40,299 bases of DNA, from the sequence record PP856269; one strand, 5' to 3'. Below the pieces are notes generated by a model that saw nothing but the letters and a program-made list of their open reading frames with translations, had not been told where the DNA came from and made no database searches. Both the position numbers and the translations under genes were made by a program. Positions 27,538 to 37,555 of the stretch are shown piece after piece (the first letter of the stretch is position 1; each line of letters opens with the position of its first letter). This stretch comes from Escherichia phage UFJF_EcSW4.

Positions 27538-28109
27538 GTATCGGCATGGGTATTATGGCTGTAGCTGGTGCCACTATGTCCGCATCCCAACAGGCCAAGG
27601 CTGAAGGAGCAGCAATTGACGCTCAGAACCGACAGGCTCAGGAAATGGTTAAGCAGATGAACTACTCTGACGCAAACCTGAAGATGCAGGAGCGAGACCT
27701 GAAGGAGCAGCAGATGGCTGAACTGACAGAGACCACGCTCAACGGTATCCGCAATCAGGGTATGGTCCGAGCTGCGGTGGCTGAGTCCGGTCTGGAAGGT
27801 AACTCTATGGACAGGATTGAACGTCAGGTCGCAGGAGATACAGTCAAGGAGCGAGCAGGGATTACCGAAAGTTACAACCGCGACTATGCGGCTATCTTCG
27901 GGAACCGTATCGCCAACATTGAGAACACCAAGTCTGCTATCCGTGGTCAGGGTAAAATCATCAAGACCAGCCCACTGGCTCATGCACTTAATGTTGCTAC
28001 CGCAGGGATGCAAGGTTACGCCGCTGGTAAGTCAATCTCTGGAGCGTCAAGCTCTGGTGATGCTGCACCAATTAGTGCTGCTAAAGGCACACCTACAGGT
28101 CATAGCTAA
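27522..28109 (+). CDS. 14: Internal virion (core) protein gp14
   Basis: Starts MC..., with LEGNSMDRIERQVAG, ESYNRDYAAIFG and C-terminal APISAAKGTPTG matching T7 gp14. Confidence 0.9.
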   Translation: MCEPVSIGMGIMAVAGATMSASQQAKAEGAAIDAQNRQAQEMVKQMNYSDANLKMQERDLKEQQMAELTETTLNGIRNQGMVRAAVAESGLEGNSMDRIERQVAGDTVKERAGITESYNRDYAAIFGNRIANIENTKSAIRGQGKIIKTSPLAHALNVATAGMQGYAAGKSISGASSSGDAAPISAAKGTPTGHS

Positions 28110-28120
28110 GAGGAGGACTA

Positions 28121-30403
28121 ATGGCTAGTAATATTGAATCAGCTCTGGCTAATCGGACTATGGGTCGCGGCAGAGCGCCGGGTAAAACTATCGCCGTCAA
28201 CTATCAAGCAGCCAACGTTCAGGCTCCGACTGGGGACTCCGGTCTGGCTCGTGCGTTAACCAACTTCGTTGAGTCTGGAACTGGATTGTACAAGCAGTTC
28301 AAAGATGATGAGAAGACACGGGCTGACGAGCGGTCTAACGAGATTATCCGTAAGCTGACTCCTCAGCAGAGACGAGAGGCTATCCAGAACGGGACACTGC
28401 TGTATCAGGACGACCCGTATGCTATGGAAGCACTGCGAGTCAAGACTGGTCGTAATGCTGCCTTTGCTGTAGACGACGAGATTAACGTTAAGATTCAGAA
28501 CGGTGAGTTCCGTACACGTCAGGACATGGAAGAGTATCGCCACCAGCGACTTCAGGACGCCGCTAAGTCCTATGCTGAAGAGGCGGGTATTAACCCTACA
28601 GACGAGTTCTTCCAGCGTGGGTTCAACGATAACATCACAGACCGCAACATCGCTATCTATGGGTCTTTCAATAAGTATTTCAGTAAGCAGTCTGAAGAGA
28701 CAGCAATGTTGAATACTCGTATTGAGATGAACTCATTCCTGAACGATGGCGACCTGATGCGTTCACCTGAGTCTGGCAAGACCTTCATGGCCTACCTTCG
28801 TGATGGACTAACTACTGCTGCCATCCCTTCGGACCAGCGAGCACGGGAGGTAATTACCCAGACGGTCCGTGACGCAATCCAGAAGTCAGGCGGCTCCAAC
28901 TTCCTACAGCAAGTACGAGGCGAGCGAATCACCCTTAACGGCGTGGATGCTACAGTCGAAGAGATTGTAGGACCTGATGTCTTCAACGCTGCTATTGTTG
29001 AGGCGCAAGGAACTGAGTACAAGCTGGTGGCTAAGTATCAGGAGGACTTAGCGTTAGGCGTTCAGTCTGCGATTCTTCAGGACGACCCAACCATCGGTCT
29101 GGACCAGATTCAGAAACTCAAGGAGCAGAACAACCTGCTTCAACCGGGTGAAGAACTCACGCCTCAGCGTCAGATGCTTATTAATGCCGAAGCCAGCTTG
29201 CTTGAAGCGGTAAAGCGTAAGTCTGCTGAACAGGCGAAGGAGAACACTAAGTTAATCCAGACTCAGAACAAGCAACTGGTCATTGACCAAGTGTATCAGC
29301 GACGTCTGGCTGGAGACAACGTGTCCACCAACTATGAGGACCTTCCGGTCTCTGAAGCCACAGGAGAGTTCAAGCGTTCAGACATGAACAACTATGCGTC
29401 TTCTAAGCTACAGCAGATTGACCAGATGGACATCCCTGAGGCTGCTAAGGACGCACAGAAGGTTGCATTATTAAGAGCTGACACTAACAACGGTCCGTTC
29501 CGTAATGCCTTCCAAACGCTTACTCAGGACGCTGCTGGTGAGTGGCAAGCTGCGGTCATCCGTGGGCAGTACGACCCAGACAAGATGCAACGCTTCGAAT
29601 CTCTTCGTCGTGCCTACACTCAGGACCCTTCAAGTTTCGCTGCTCTGTATCCTGACCAAGCTCAGTTGTTCTCTACGTTCGACCAGATGGACAAGATGGG
29701 TCTGGACCCTCAGACGATGATTGAAGCTGATAAGCAAGCTGCAAGTCAAAGCCGTGAGATGCGCATGGAGTCAGACAAGGCGTGGCAGGAGTTGAAGAAC
29801 GACTCTCGGAATAAGGACCTTTCGCGTCTTCCTACGTCTCTAGACTCAAGTGCTCGTAAGGTCTGGGACTCATGGTACTATCGTACAGGTAACGCTGACG
29901 CTGCAACGCAGCAGACTCAACGCTGGCTGAACGAGAACACCGTAACGTTCCAGTCTGAAGGTTCTGACGGTAAGTCCATCGGCATGGTGTCAAAGCACCA
30001 GCTTATGGTCGGGGATAACCCAGAGTCGTGGCAGGTGGGTCGAGACATTATCGACACCGCTCGTAAGCAGCTCATTAAGGCTAACCCTTGGGTAGTTAAC
30101 TCTCAGTTGTCCGTTGTTGAACAGAACGGCTCTATCTTCCTCCAAGACGCTACAGGGACTATTCGTATTCGCTACGATAAAGAACTTGTAGGTAAACTCT
30201 ACCGCGAACAACAGCAGAAGGCACAAGATGCCGCATACGCTCAGGCAGAACGTGACGCTAACAAGCGAGCGCGTATCGTCGGGACTAAAGCTGCTGGTGA
30301 CAAACGTCGAGCTGACCGAGAGGCCAACATCGAGAAGCGCGGTGGGATGTATAATGACGTCTCACTGGAGGGTATCGCAAACGTACTAATTGGTAAGGAG
30401 TAA
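28121..30403 (+). CDS. 15: Internal virion (core) protein gp15
   Basis: ADERSNEIIRKLTPQQRREAIQNGTLLYQDDPYAMEALRVKTGRNAAF is near-identical to T7 gp15; similar length (760 aa). Confidence 0.93.
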   Translation: MASNIESALANRTMGRGRAPGKTIAVNYQAANVQAPTGDSGLARALTNFVESGTGLYKQFKDDEKTRADERSNEIIRKLTPQQRREAIQNGTLLYQDDPYAMEALRVKTGRNAAFAVDDEINVKIQNGEFRTRQDMEEYRHQRLQDAAKSYAEEAGINPTDEFFQRGFNDNITDRNIAIYGSFNKYFSKQSEETAMLNTRIEMNSFLNDGDLMRSPESGKTFMAYLRDGLTTAAIPSDQRAREVITQTVRDAIQKSGGSNFLQQVRGERITLNGVDATVEEIVGPDVFNAAIVEAQGTEYKLVAKYQEDLALGVQSAILQDDPTIGLDQIQKLKEQNNLLQPGEELTPQRQMLINAEASLLEAVKRKSAEQAKENTKLIQTQNKQLVIDQVYQRRLAGDNVSTNYEDLPVSEATGEFKRSDMNNYASSKLQQIDQMDIPEAAKDAQKVALLRADTNNGPFRNAFQTLTQDAAGEWQAAVIRGQYDPDKMQRFESLRRAYTQDPSSFAALYPDQAQLFSTFDQMDKMGLDPQTMIEADKQAASQSREMRMESDKAWQELKNDSRNKDLSRLPTSLDSSARKVWDSWYYRTGNADAATQQTQRWLNENTVTFQSEGSDGKSIGMVSKHQLMVGDNPESWQVGRDIIDTARKQLIKANPWVVNSQLSVVEQNGSIFLQDATGTIRIRYDKELVGKLYREQQQKAQDAAYAQAERDANKRARIVGTKAAGDKRRADREANIEKRGGMYNDVSLEGIANVLIGKE

Positions 30404-30407
30404 CATA

Positions 30408-33400
30408 ATGGCGACTCGTGGTATTCGCAATAACAATCCGGGTAACATCCGGGTAAGTAAGGACCAATGGGAAGGAATGACTGGAGATGATGGCGCATTT
30501 GTCACCTTCGATAGTCCAGAGTCTGGCGTCCGAGCTTTAGGTAAAAACCTGCTGTCCTACGGTCGCCAAGGTTATGACTCCATCGAGAAGATTATCAATC
30601 GATGGGCACCTCCTAACGAGAACGACACTAAGGCTTATATTGACTCAGTGGTGGCTGCAACTGGTATTCCAGCTACCCAGAGTCTCGACCTATCGGACAC
30701 TGACACCCTGTCTTCTCTGGCTCAAGCTATCAGCTTCCATGAGACAGGATCCCGGTACGACCCAGAAGTCTATCAGAAGGGAGTCGCAAGAGCACTCAAT
30801 GGCATTAGCCCAAAGACTCCACCAGTAAGCGCTAACGTATTTGACGCACTCACGGAAGGACTCAAGGCTAAACCTAAAGTAGCTCTGGGTGAGAACCTTC
30901 CGACCGCTGCTGGTATGAACATTGAGGGTCAAGCACCTGAAGCTCCCAACGAATCTTTCGGTGAGATGTTCTATAAGGCTACTGGCGAGACCATGCAGGA
31001 ACGAGAGGGCCGCTCTACGTGGTTCGGTTTCGGTGCGGCTACAGAAGCTGAAGTGAAGAACTCTATGGTCGGCGTGGCTATCAGAGCTGGTCAGACTGAG
31101 GACTCACTGGATGTCATTGGCGATGTGTTCAACCCAACCCGATGGAATAACCATAAGTGGTCTCGTGAGGAGCTGGACCAGATTCGTAACGCTGGGGTTC
31201 TGCCTCAGTATTACGGGGTCATTACTGGTGGCTCCCCTCAGAACCTGACCGAGCTTATTAACTTGGCGCTTGAGAACCAGAAGTTGGACCAAGAGAAGGC
31301 CAAGGCCGGGACTGGTGCTCAACTGGCGGCTGGTGTGATTGGTGCTGGCGTGGACCCTCTGACCTACGTTCCTATTGCTGGGCAGGTAGGTAAAGGTGGG
31401 AAGCTAGTCAACAAGATGTTCACTGTGGCTGCTCAGTCTGGTGCTCTGGCGGGGGCATCCGAGATTGCTCGAACCTCAGTTGCTGGTGGGGACGCTCATG
31501 TGGCTGAGGCAATTATGGGCGGTGCTCTCTTCGGTGGGGGAATGACAGCTATCGGGGACGCTATCGGCAAGGCCTTAGGCAAGACAACCAACGAGTTCGC
31601 CGGGCCAGCCACACGTCTGGAAGCCCGTGAGACTGCACGTAATGTTGATGGTCAGGACCTGTCGCGTATGCCAATCCGTGAAGGTGAGCAGACATTTAGT
31701 CACCAAGGCGTTAAGTTCGCTGACGTGCCGAATGAGCCGGGTAGTGTACGACTGGAAGATGGTTCAATCCTGATTGGTGAGAACCCTCTGAACCCTAAGA
31801 CACGTCAAGTCTTTGACGAAGTGATTGAGCCTGAACGGGCCGCTGCTGGTGTGAACCTTGGTGGACTTACCGAGATTGGCCTGAAGCTGCTTCGGTCTGA
31901 GAACCCTGAGATTCGTGGAGTAGCTGCTGACTTAGTGCGTTCACCGACTGGTATGCAGTCTGGGGCCTCAGGTAAAATCGGGACCACTGCGTCAGACGTA
32001 TTCGAGAGACTTCGTGCTGTGGACCATCGGTTCTACAACGACATCGACGATGCGGTTACTGAGGCACTAAAGGACCCGTACTTCCAGACAGCATTCTGGC
32101 GAGACTCTGGAGCATTCCGTCAGGACATCTACCAGCGCGTGTCTATGGCTATCGAAGATGGTAGCGGAAATCTGAAGGCTGAACTGACTCCTGGAGAACT
32201 GAAAGTCTATGACCTACTGAAGAACCAGTTTGACGCCAAGCGTGAGATGATGGAGAACCCGGCGATGTTTGGTCGTCAAGACGCTCAGTCTATCTTTCCG
32301 GGCAGCCGCTTCAAGGGAACATACGTCCCGCATGTGTATAGCAACCAGATGAAGGAGCTGTACATCAAGGAGCTTGGGAGTCCAGAGGCATTACAGGAGG
32401 CCATCAAGAAGTCATGGTTGACCAGCTATGCGTCTCGACCTGAGGTCAAGAAACGTGTGGACGAGGCACTCTTAGAGGCTGACCCTACGTTGACTCCAGA
32501 AGGACTTGCGGCTGCGGTCGATAAGTACGCCAACGATAAGGCTTATGGTATCTCTCACACCGAGCAGTTCGAGCGTTCATCCGTAATGGAAGAGAACATC
32601 AATGGTCTGGTGGGTCTGGAGAACAACAGCTTCCTTGAGGCTCGTAACCTGTTCGATAGCGATATGTCAATCGTCCTACCTAACGGTCAGACCTTCAGTG
32701 TCAACAACCTGCGTGAGTGGGACATGGACAAGATTGTCCCGGCCTACAACCGTCGAGTTAATGGCGATATTGCTATCATGGCTGGTACAGGCAAGACCAC
32801 GAAGGACATGAAGGACTTGGTTGAGACCATGATGAACAAGGCTGGGGATGACGGTAAGTTGAAAGGTGAAGTATCTACCTTACGTGACACCTTGAAGATT
32901 CTAACTGGTCGTGCTCGACGTGATGGTGCTGATGATGCAGCCTTCGCTACCGTGATGCGCACAATGACAGACCTATCGTTCTTCGCCAAGAATGCCTACA
33001 TGGGTGTTCAGAACTTAACGGAGATTGGTGGTATGCTGGCTCGTGGCAACGTTCGTGCACTGCTTCATGGAGTCCCTATTTTCCGTGACCTAGCCTTCCG
33101 TAACAAGAAGGTTGGGGCCTCGGAGATTAAGGACCTGCATAATGTGATCTTCGGTAAGGAACTGGACGACTCAATCCGTCCGTCTAAACAGGATGTCATT
33201 GACCGTCTGCGGTCTTACAGTGACCTCGGTCGTGGTACAGCTACAGCTCTGGGGACTGCCAAGTATTACACTGGCGAACTTGCAGTACGCTCTCCGTTCA
33301 CTAAAGTCCTCAACGGTACGACCAACTACCTGTTAGATGCTGGACGTCAAGGCTTCCTGTCTGACATCGTGGAGCATAGCCTTACTGGTAGTAAGCGTAA

Positions 33401-34295
33401 GTTCGATGACCGCTGGCTTAAGACCGCTGGTATCTCTGACGAGCAGTGGAAGGGAATTAAGTCCCTCATCCGTGAGTCAGTGACGCGTGGTCCAGACGGG
33501 AAGTATACCATCAAGGATAAGAAGGCGTTCAGTCAGGACCCAAGGGCTATGGACCTGTGGCGTATTGGTGATACCATCGCTGACGAAACGTTACTCCGGC
33601 CCCACAAGCTGTCCAACATGGACGCCAAGGCTTATGGTCCTCTCGCTAAGACTGTCCTTCAGTTTAAGAACTTCGTTATCAAGTCTATCAACGGTCGAAC
33701 CATGCGTACCTTCTACAACGCCACCAAGAACAACCGAGCTATGGATGCTGCACTGTCCACGGTTATGTCTATGGGTCTGGCTGGGATGTACTACATGGCT
33801 CAGGCGCACATCAAGGCTTACGCTATGCAGGACGGTCGTGACCGTGAGTACCTGAAGCAAGCCCTGAACCCGACGATGATTGGCTATGCGGCCCTGTCCC
33901 GTAGTTCACATCTAGGTGGACCACTTGGGGTCGCTAACATTCTTGGTGGTATCGCTGGGTATGAGGACACTAAGATGCTCCGTTCGTCTATCCTCCCGCG
34001 TTCACCTACAGAGAAGCCCGAACGTGCCATCTCATATGGTGCGGCTACAAGTGACCCTGTGATGAATGTCGTTGGTAACTTCTTGGAGCAGGTCCCGGCT
34101 TTCGGCTATGCTGCTAACGTTGGCGCTTCGGCATACAACTTGGCTGGCTACCTCAAGGCTGATACCCGTGTCAACGAGCGAGACTACATGACCGGGATGT
34201 ATAACACGTTCCGTGAACTTGTACCGAATGACCCGATTACCCAGAAGTTGCTGCTTGGGACGTTTGAGGAGCAAGGCATCCACATCAAGGACTAA
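30408..34295 (+). CDS. 16: Internal virion (core) protein gp16 with a divergent, non-SLT N-terminal module
   Basis: From about residue 200 onward matches T7 gp16 (TRWN.H.W..EELD.IR, VITGGSPQNL, GVDPLTYVPIAG, RLEARETARN, VRSPTGMQSGASGK, GTYVPHVY, LRPHK...); the first ~180 aa (MATRGIRNNNPGNIR...) lack the T7 lytic-transglycosylase motifs. Start at the ATG with AAGGAG at spacing 8; the track ORF starts at a TTG at 30390. Confidence 0.93.
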   Translation: MATRGIRNNNPGNIRVSKDQWEGMTGDDGAFVTFDSPESGVRALGKNLLSYGRQGYDSIEKIINRWAPPNENDTKAYIDSVVAATGIPATQSLDLSDTDTLSSLAQAISFHETGSRYDPEVYQKGVARALNGISPKTPPVSANVFDALTEGLKAKPKVALGENLPTAAGMNIEGQAPEAPNESFGEMFYKATGETMQEREGRSTWFGFGAATEAEVKNSMVGVAIRAGQTEDSLDVIGDVFNPTRWNNHKWSREELDQIRNAGVLPQYYGVITGGSPQNLTELINLALENQKLDQEKAKAGTGAQLAAGVIGAGVDPLTYVPIAGQVGKGGKLVNKMFTVAAQSGALAGASEIARTSVAGGDAHVAEAIMGGALFGGGMTAIGDAIGKALGKTTNEFAGPATRLEARETARNVDGQDLSRMPIREGEQTFSHQGVKFADVPNEPGSVRLEDGSILIGENPLNPKTRQVFDEVIEPERAAAGVNLGGLTEIGLKLLRSENPEIRGVAADLVRSPTGMQSGASGKIGTTASDVFERLRAVDHRFYNDIDDAVTEALKDPYFQTAFWRDSGAFRQDIYQRVSMAIEDGSGNLKAELTPGELKVYDLLKNQFDAKREMMENPAMFGRQDAQSIFPGSRFKGTYVPHVYSNQMKELYIKELGSPEALQEAIKKSWLTSYASRPEVKKRVDEALLEADPTLTPEGLAAAVDKYANDKAYGISHTEQFERSSVMEENINGLVGLENNSFLEARNLFDSDMSIVLPNGQTFSVNNLREWDMDKIVPAYNRRVNGDIAIMAGTGKTTKDMKDLVETMMNKAGDDGKLKGEVSTLRDTLKILTGRARRDGADDAAFATVMRTMTDLSFFAKNAYMGVQNLTEIGGMLARGNVRALLHGVPIFRDLAFRNKKVGASEIKDLHNVIFGKELDDSIRPSKQDVIDRLRSYSDLGRGTATALGTAKYYTGELAVRSPFTKVLNGTTNYLLDAGRQGFLSDIVEHSLTGSKRKFDDRWLKTAGISDEQWKGIKSLIRESVTRGPDGKYTIKDKKAFSQDPRAMDLWRIGDTIADETLLRPHKLSNMDAKAYGPLAKTVLQFKNFVIKSINGRTMRTFYNATKNNRAMDAALSTVMSMGLAGMYYMAQAHIKAYAMQDGRDREYLKQALNPTMIGYAALSRSSHLGGPLGVANILGGIAGYEDTKMLRSSILPRSPTEKPERAISYGAATSDPVMNVVGNFLEQVPAFGYAANVGASAYNLAGYLKADTRVNERDYMTGMYNTFRELVPNDPITQKLLLGTFEEQGIHIKD

Positions 34296-34313
34296 ACTAT
34301 CACTATAGGAAAC
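34291..34313 (+). promoter_or_regulatory. Phage RNAP promoter (phi17-position)
   Basis: ACTAAACTATCACTATAGGAAAC; the gp16 stop TAA is inside it. Confidence 0.75.
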
Positions 34314-34360
34314 GGGAGGCGCTACCATAGGTCTCCCTTTAATTCATAACAGGAGGCATA

Positions 34361-36391
34361 ATGTCCACGATTACACAATTCCCTTCAGGAAGCACTCAGT
34401 ACAGGATTGAGTTCGACTACCTAGCCAGAACGTTTGTTGTTGTTACGCTGGTGAATAGCTCTAACCCTACCCTGAACCGTGTACTGGAAGTTGGTCGAGA
34501 TTACCGATTCCTTAATCCAACGATGATTGAGATGTTGGTTGACCAATCAGGTTTCGACATCGTTCGCATTCACCGTCAGACTGGAACTGACTTAGTGGTA
34601 GACTTCAGGAATGGCTCAGTGTTGACAGCTAGTGACCTGACAAATTCAGAGCTTCAGGCTATCCATATTGCAGAAGAAGGTAGAGACCAAACGGTTGACT
34701 TAGCGAAGGAATATGCCGATGCTGCTGGTAGCTCTGCTGGCAACGCTAAGGATAGCGAGGACGAAGCACGACGAATCGCTGAGAGTATCAGGGAGGCTGG
34801 TCTAATTGGTTATATTACCCGTCGCTCCTTCGAGAAAGGCTACAACGTTACAACATGGAGCGAGGTCCTGCTATGGGAAGAGGATGGTGATTATTACCGC
34901 TGGGATGGTACGCTTCCAAAGAACGTTCCTGCTGGTTCAACTCCTGAAACTTCCGGTGGGATTGGATTAGGTGCGTGGGTTAGTGTTGGTGATGCTGCTT
35001 TAAGAAGTCAGATTTCAAACCCGGAAGGGGCAATACTCTACCCAGAATTACAGATGGCACGCTGGCGAGATGAGGGCGATGTTCGCGGATGGGGTGCTAA
35101 AGGTGATGGTTCTGCGGATGATACAGAGGCTTTCAAGGCAGCACTGGCAACAGGAAAGAATCTATATATCCCCGTTGGTATATACATCATTAAAGAGACT
35201 TTGTACTTTAAGAACCAAGTTATTAAAGGTGGGGGAATATCTCCATCACCAAGTCTTGGTACAATCCTAGCAATCTCTCACAATGAAGCAGCTTTTAAGT
35301 ATGACGTTAACTCTGGATACTCCATGGGTGGCTACTTAGGCGGTTTCTTCATTGATTATGGTGAGAACAAGCCAGACAACTATGGTGGTCGCAAAGGTAT
35401 TGATATTGGTGATGCATCGCAGACAGTATGGCCTTCACAATTTATCATTGAGAACATCATAGTACGTGGTGCGTACTTTGGTATTCATGACGTGACAGGG
35501 GCTTTTCAGTATACCATGCGTAACGTATTGGCGATTAATTGCTGGGAAGGTTTCCGTAAGCATATTGGTACTACAGTCCTAATGGATACATGCTACGCAC
35601 TTAATTGTTATCAGGCGTTCAATTTTGCAAACGTGTACAACATGACTATGAACAATTGTGCAATGGACGGCTGTAATGATATACAAGGTCTACAGGCTTT
35701 TGATATTAACAACTGTAAAGGTATGGTAATAAATGGCATGTACAGCGAGAACTGTGAGATTCATCATAATGGACATGCCTCTATATATATTCATGGGGAC
35801 TCAACAGTAACACTTAACGGATATGCACTACATTCCCACAAAGTTCTGGCTAGTTCTGGGGAGGCTTACTTCTTACGAGCACATGAAAGTTCTCGCGTTA
35901 CTGTTGATGGTATCTTCTTCGGGGAAGACCTGACGTCTACTGCTGTATTCATGTACCCAGTCCTGTCTTCTGGGGATGCTAGAGTTCAGCTTGGAACTAC
36001 TAGATTGAAGTTGTGGACTGGTGCTACGGGTGGCGCGTCACTGGCTGCACTAGGTAACAGTTTGATTGAGTATGACAACACAGTCTTTGTTCCAACAGTC
36101 ACGGTCGGATGGTGTAGCAACAACGGAGTTGTAGCCAAAGGTACTCTTGCAGTTAACACTACGCTTGAACCAGGTGCTGACCTGAATGCTGGTAATATCA
36201 CCCTCACTGGTGACTACAAGCCAACTAAGGGGGATGTGCTTGTGTATGGTGCTACCTTTGATGTTAAGTCATGTTCAATTATTCTCAAGCCAATAGGGGA
36301 GAATTTATGTAATGTGTACATTAAGAACTTAAGTGCAGGTGGTAGTGCTACTCTTCTTGGTGACTTGATGGTACAGGCCATCCGACGCTAG
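34361..36391 (+). CDS. 17: Tailspike/tail fiber: T7 gp17-like N-terminal adaptor plus pectate-lyase-type beta-helix (putative polysaccharide depolymerase) domain
   Basis: N-terminus (YRIEFDYLARTFVVVTL...DYRFLN...LVVDFRNGSVLTASDL...AIHIAEEGRD) matches the T7 gp17 N-terminal domain; from about residue 240 GWGAKGDGSADDTEAFKAAL...LYIPVGIY is the classic start of a right-handed beta-helix glycanase. Confidence 0.9.
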   Translation: MSTITQFPSGSTQYRIEFDYLARTFVVVTLVNSSNPTLNRVLEVGRDYRFLNPTMIEMLVDQSGFDIVRIHRQTGTDLVVDFRNGSVLTASDLTNSELQAIHIAEEGRDQTVDLAKEYADAAGSSAGNAKDSEDEARRIAESIREAGLIGYITRRSFEKGYNVTTWSEVLLWEEDGDYYRWDGTLPKNVPAGSTPETSGGIGLGAWVSVGDAALRSQISNPEGAILYPELQMARWRDEGDVRGWGAKGDGSADDTEAFKAALATGKNLYIPVGIYIIKETLYFKNQVIKGGGISPSPSLGTILAISHNEAAFKYDVNSGYSMGGYLGGFFIDYGENKPDNYGGRKGIDIGDASQTVWPSQFIIENIIVRGAYFGIHDVTGAFQYTMRNVLAINCWEGFRKHIGTTVLMDTCYALNCYQAFNFANVYNMTMNNCAMDGCNDIQGLQAFDINNCKGMVINGMYSENCEIHHNGHASIYIHGDSTVTLNGYALHSHKVLASSGEAYFLRAHESSRVTVDGIFFGEDLTSTAVFMYPVLSSGDARVQLGTTRLKLWTGATGGASLAALGNSLIEYDNTVFVPTVTVGWCSNNGVVAKGTLAVNTTLEPGADLNAGNITLTGDYKPTKGDVLVYGATFDVKSCSIILKPIGENLCNVYIKNLSAGGSATLLGDLMVQAIRR

Positions 36392-36549
36392 AAATGTACG
36401 CATGGATTCGCTGAGGTGGTTATCCATGAAGAGGGTGAGGAGTGGGGTGTAGATGTTAGAAGGTTGTGGAGGTAGAGGCTAACTACACGCTAACCAACGT
36501 ATGGTAACAACTTTGGGTCACGGACGACCCGCTTTAAACTGGAGGTTTT

Positions 36550-36744
36550 ATGATTGAGTTAGACTTCAAGAATGAGGTCCTTAAAGCCTCTCCTATAGTC
36601 GGGACCGCTGCGGCTGATGGTGCCAGTCGGTTCTTCTTCGGACTTACACTGAACGAATGGTTCTACGTTGCAGCTATCGCGTACACCGTTGTCCAGATTG
36701 GTGTGCTAGTCTACAAAACGATTAAAGGAGGTGGTAAAACATGA
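36550..36744 (+). CDS. 17.5: Holin (class II)
   Basis: ASPIVGTAAADGASRFFFGLTLNEWFYVAAIAYTVVQIG matches T7 gp17.5 (AAPIVGTGVADVSARLFFGLSLNEWFYVAAIAYTVVQIG). Confidence 0.88.
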   Translation: MIELDFKNEVLKASPIVGTAAADGASRFFFGLTLNEWFYVAAIAYTVVQIGVLVYKTIKGGGKT

Positions 36745-37004
36745 CGCAGATGGACTTAGAGAAGTTCCTATTGATGCTTGATACTGAGCGTGCTCGACTT
36801 ATGCTGCAAGACTTGCGGGATGACACTAAGCGTTCACCTCAACTCTACAACGCCATTGAGAAGCTACTGGCTCGTCACAACTTTGTGTTAAGCAAGGTGT
36901 CTGTTGACGAGAAGACGCTCGCTGATATGGAGGCCCTGAACGCAGAGTACGATAAGGTGCTCTCCGCTACGGAAGATAATGACACCGGGTATGGTGTTCA
37001 GTAA
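36741..37004 (+). CDS. 18: Terminase small subunit (DNA maturation protein A)
   Basis: FLLMLDTERARLMLQDL...RSPQLYNAIEKLLARHNF matches T7 gp18. Confidence 0.88.
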   Translation: MTQMDLEKFLLMLDTERARLMLQDLRDDTKRSPQLYNAIEKLLARHNFVLSKVSVDEKTLADMEALNAEYDKVLSATEDNDTGYGVQ

Positions 37005-37005
37005 G

Positions 37006-37050
37006 TGTTAGACTCAAGGTCATTACTATATGTAGTGGCCTTTATGGTTA
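37006..37050 (+). promoter_or_regulatory. Conserved RNA element, candidate RNase III processing site (R18.5-position)
   Basis: TTAGACTCAAGGTCATTACTATATGTAGTGGCCTTTATGGTTAA; third copy of the element at 5828 and 13355. Confidence 0.4.
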
Positions 37051-37105
37051 ACACTAACTAGTGGAGGAGACTCTACGTGAAATCTGATAAACCGGGAGGG
37101 CAACT

Positions 37106-37555
37106 ATGCTCGAATTTTTAAAGAGATCGGCTCCGTGGTTACTTGCAGCAGTGATGTTTGCTGGTGGATACCACACCGCTAACAATAAGTGGGAGGCTAA
37201 GGTCAATGAAGAATACACCTCGAATCTTAAGGCATCGGAAGATACAAGGCTTGCTGTCCAAGCTGAAGTCAACAAAGTGTCCAAACGGTTTCAGGACGAA
37301 ATGTCCTCGCTGGAAGGCAGCACTGATAGGATTATTGCTGACCTTCAGTCTGACAATAAGCGGCTGCGCATCCGAGTCAAACCAACGAGTGGAACCACGC
37401 AAAGTGACGGTCGATGCGTCATTGATGGTTACGCCGAACTTGATGAACGAGATGCTAAACGTCTTATCGCCATCGGAGTGAAAGGAGACAAGTGGATTAA
37501 GGCCCTTCAGGACACTGTGAGAGCCTTGCAGCAAGATAAGGAGGTGACGCATTGA
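37106..37555 (+). CDS. 18.5: i-spanin (Rz-like inner-membrane lysis protein)
   Basis: [21 protein letters not shown]... and [34 protein letters not shown] match T7 gp18.5. Confidence 0.85.
   Translation: MLEFLKRSAPWLLAAVMFAGGYHTANNKWEAKVNEEYTSNLKASEDTRLAVQAEVNKVSKRFQDEMSSLEGSTDRIIADLQSDNKRLRIRVKPTSGTTQSDGRCVIDGYAELDERDAKRLIAIGVKGDKWIKALQDTVRALQQDKEVTH
37206..37481 (+). CDS. 18.7: o-spanin (Rz1-like outer-membrane lipoprotein), embedded in the +1 frame of the i-spanin gene
   Basis: [25 protein letters not shown] (lipobox ISGC) and C-terminal [17 protein letters not shown] match T7 gp18.7; start taken at the ATG with an upstream SD; the track ORF begins at a TTG at 37158. Confidence 0.75.
   Translation: MKNTPRILRHRKIQGLLSKLKSTKCPNGFRTKCPRWKAALIGLLLTFSLTISGCASESNQRVEPRKVTVDASLMVTPNLMNEMLNVLSPSE

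Noticed and set aside
27492-28013. 173-aa ORF on the minus strand
   Set aside because: Antisense to the conserved gp14 gene; shadow ORF.
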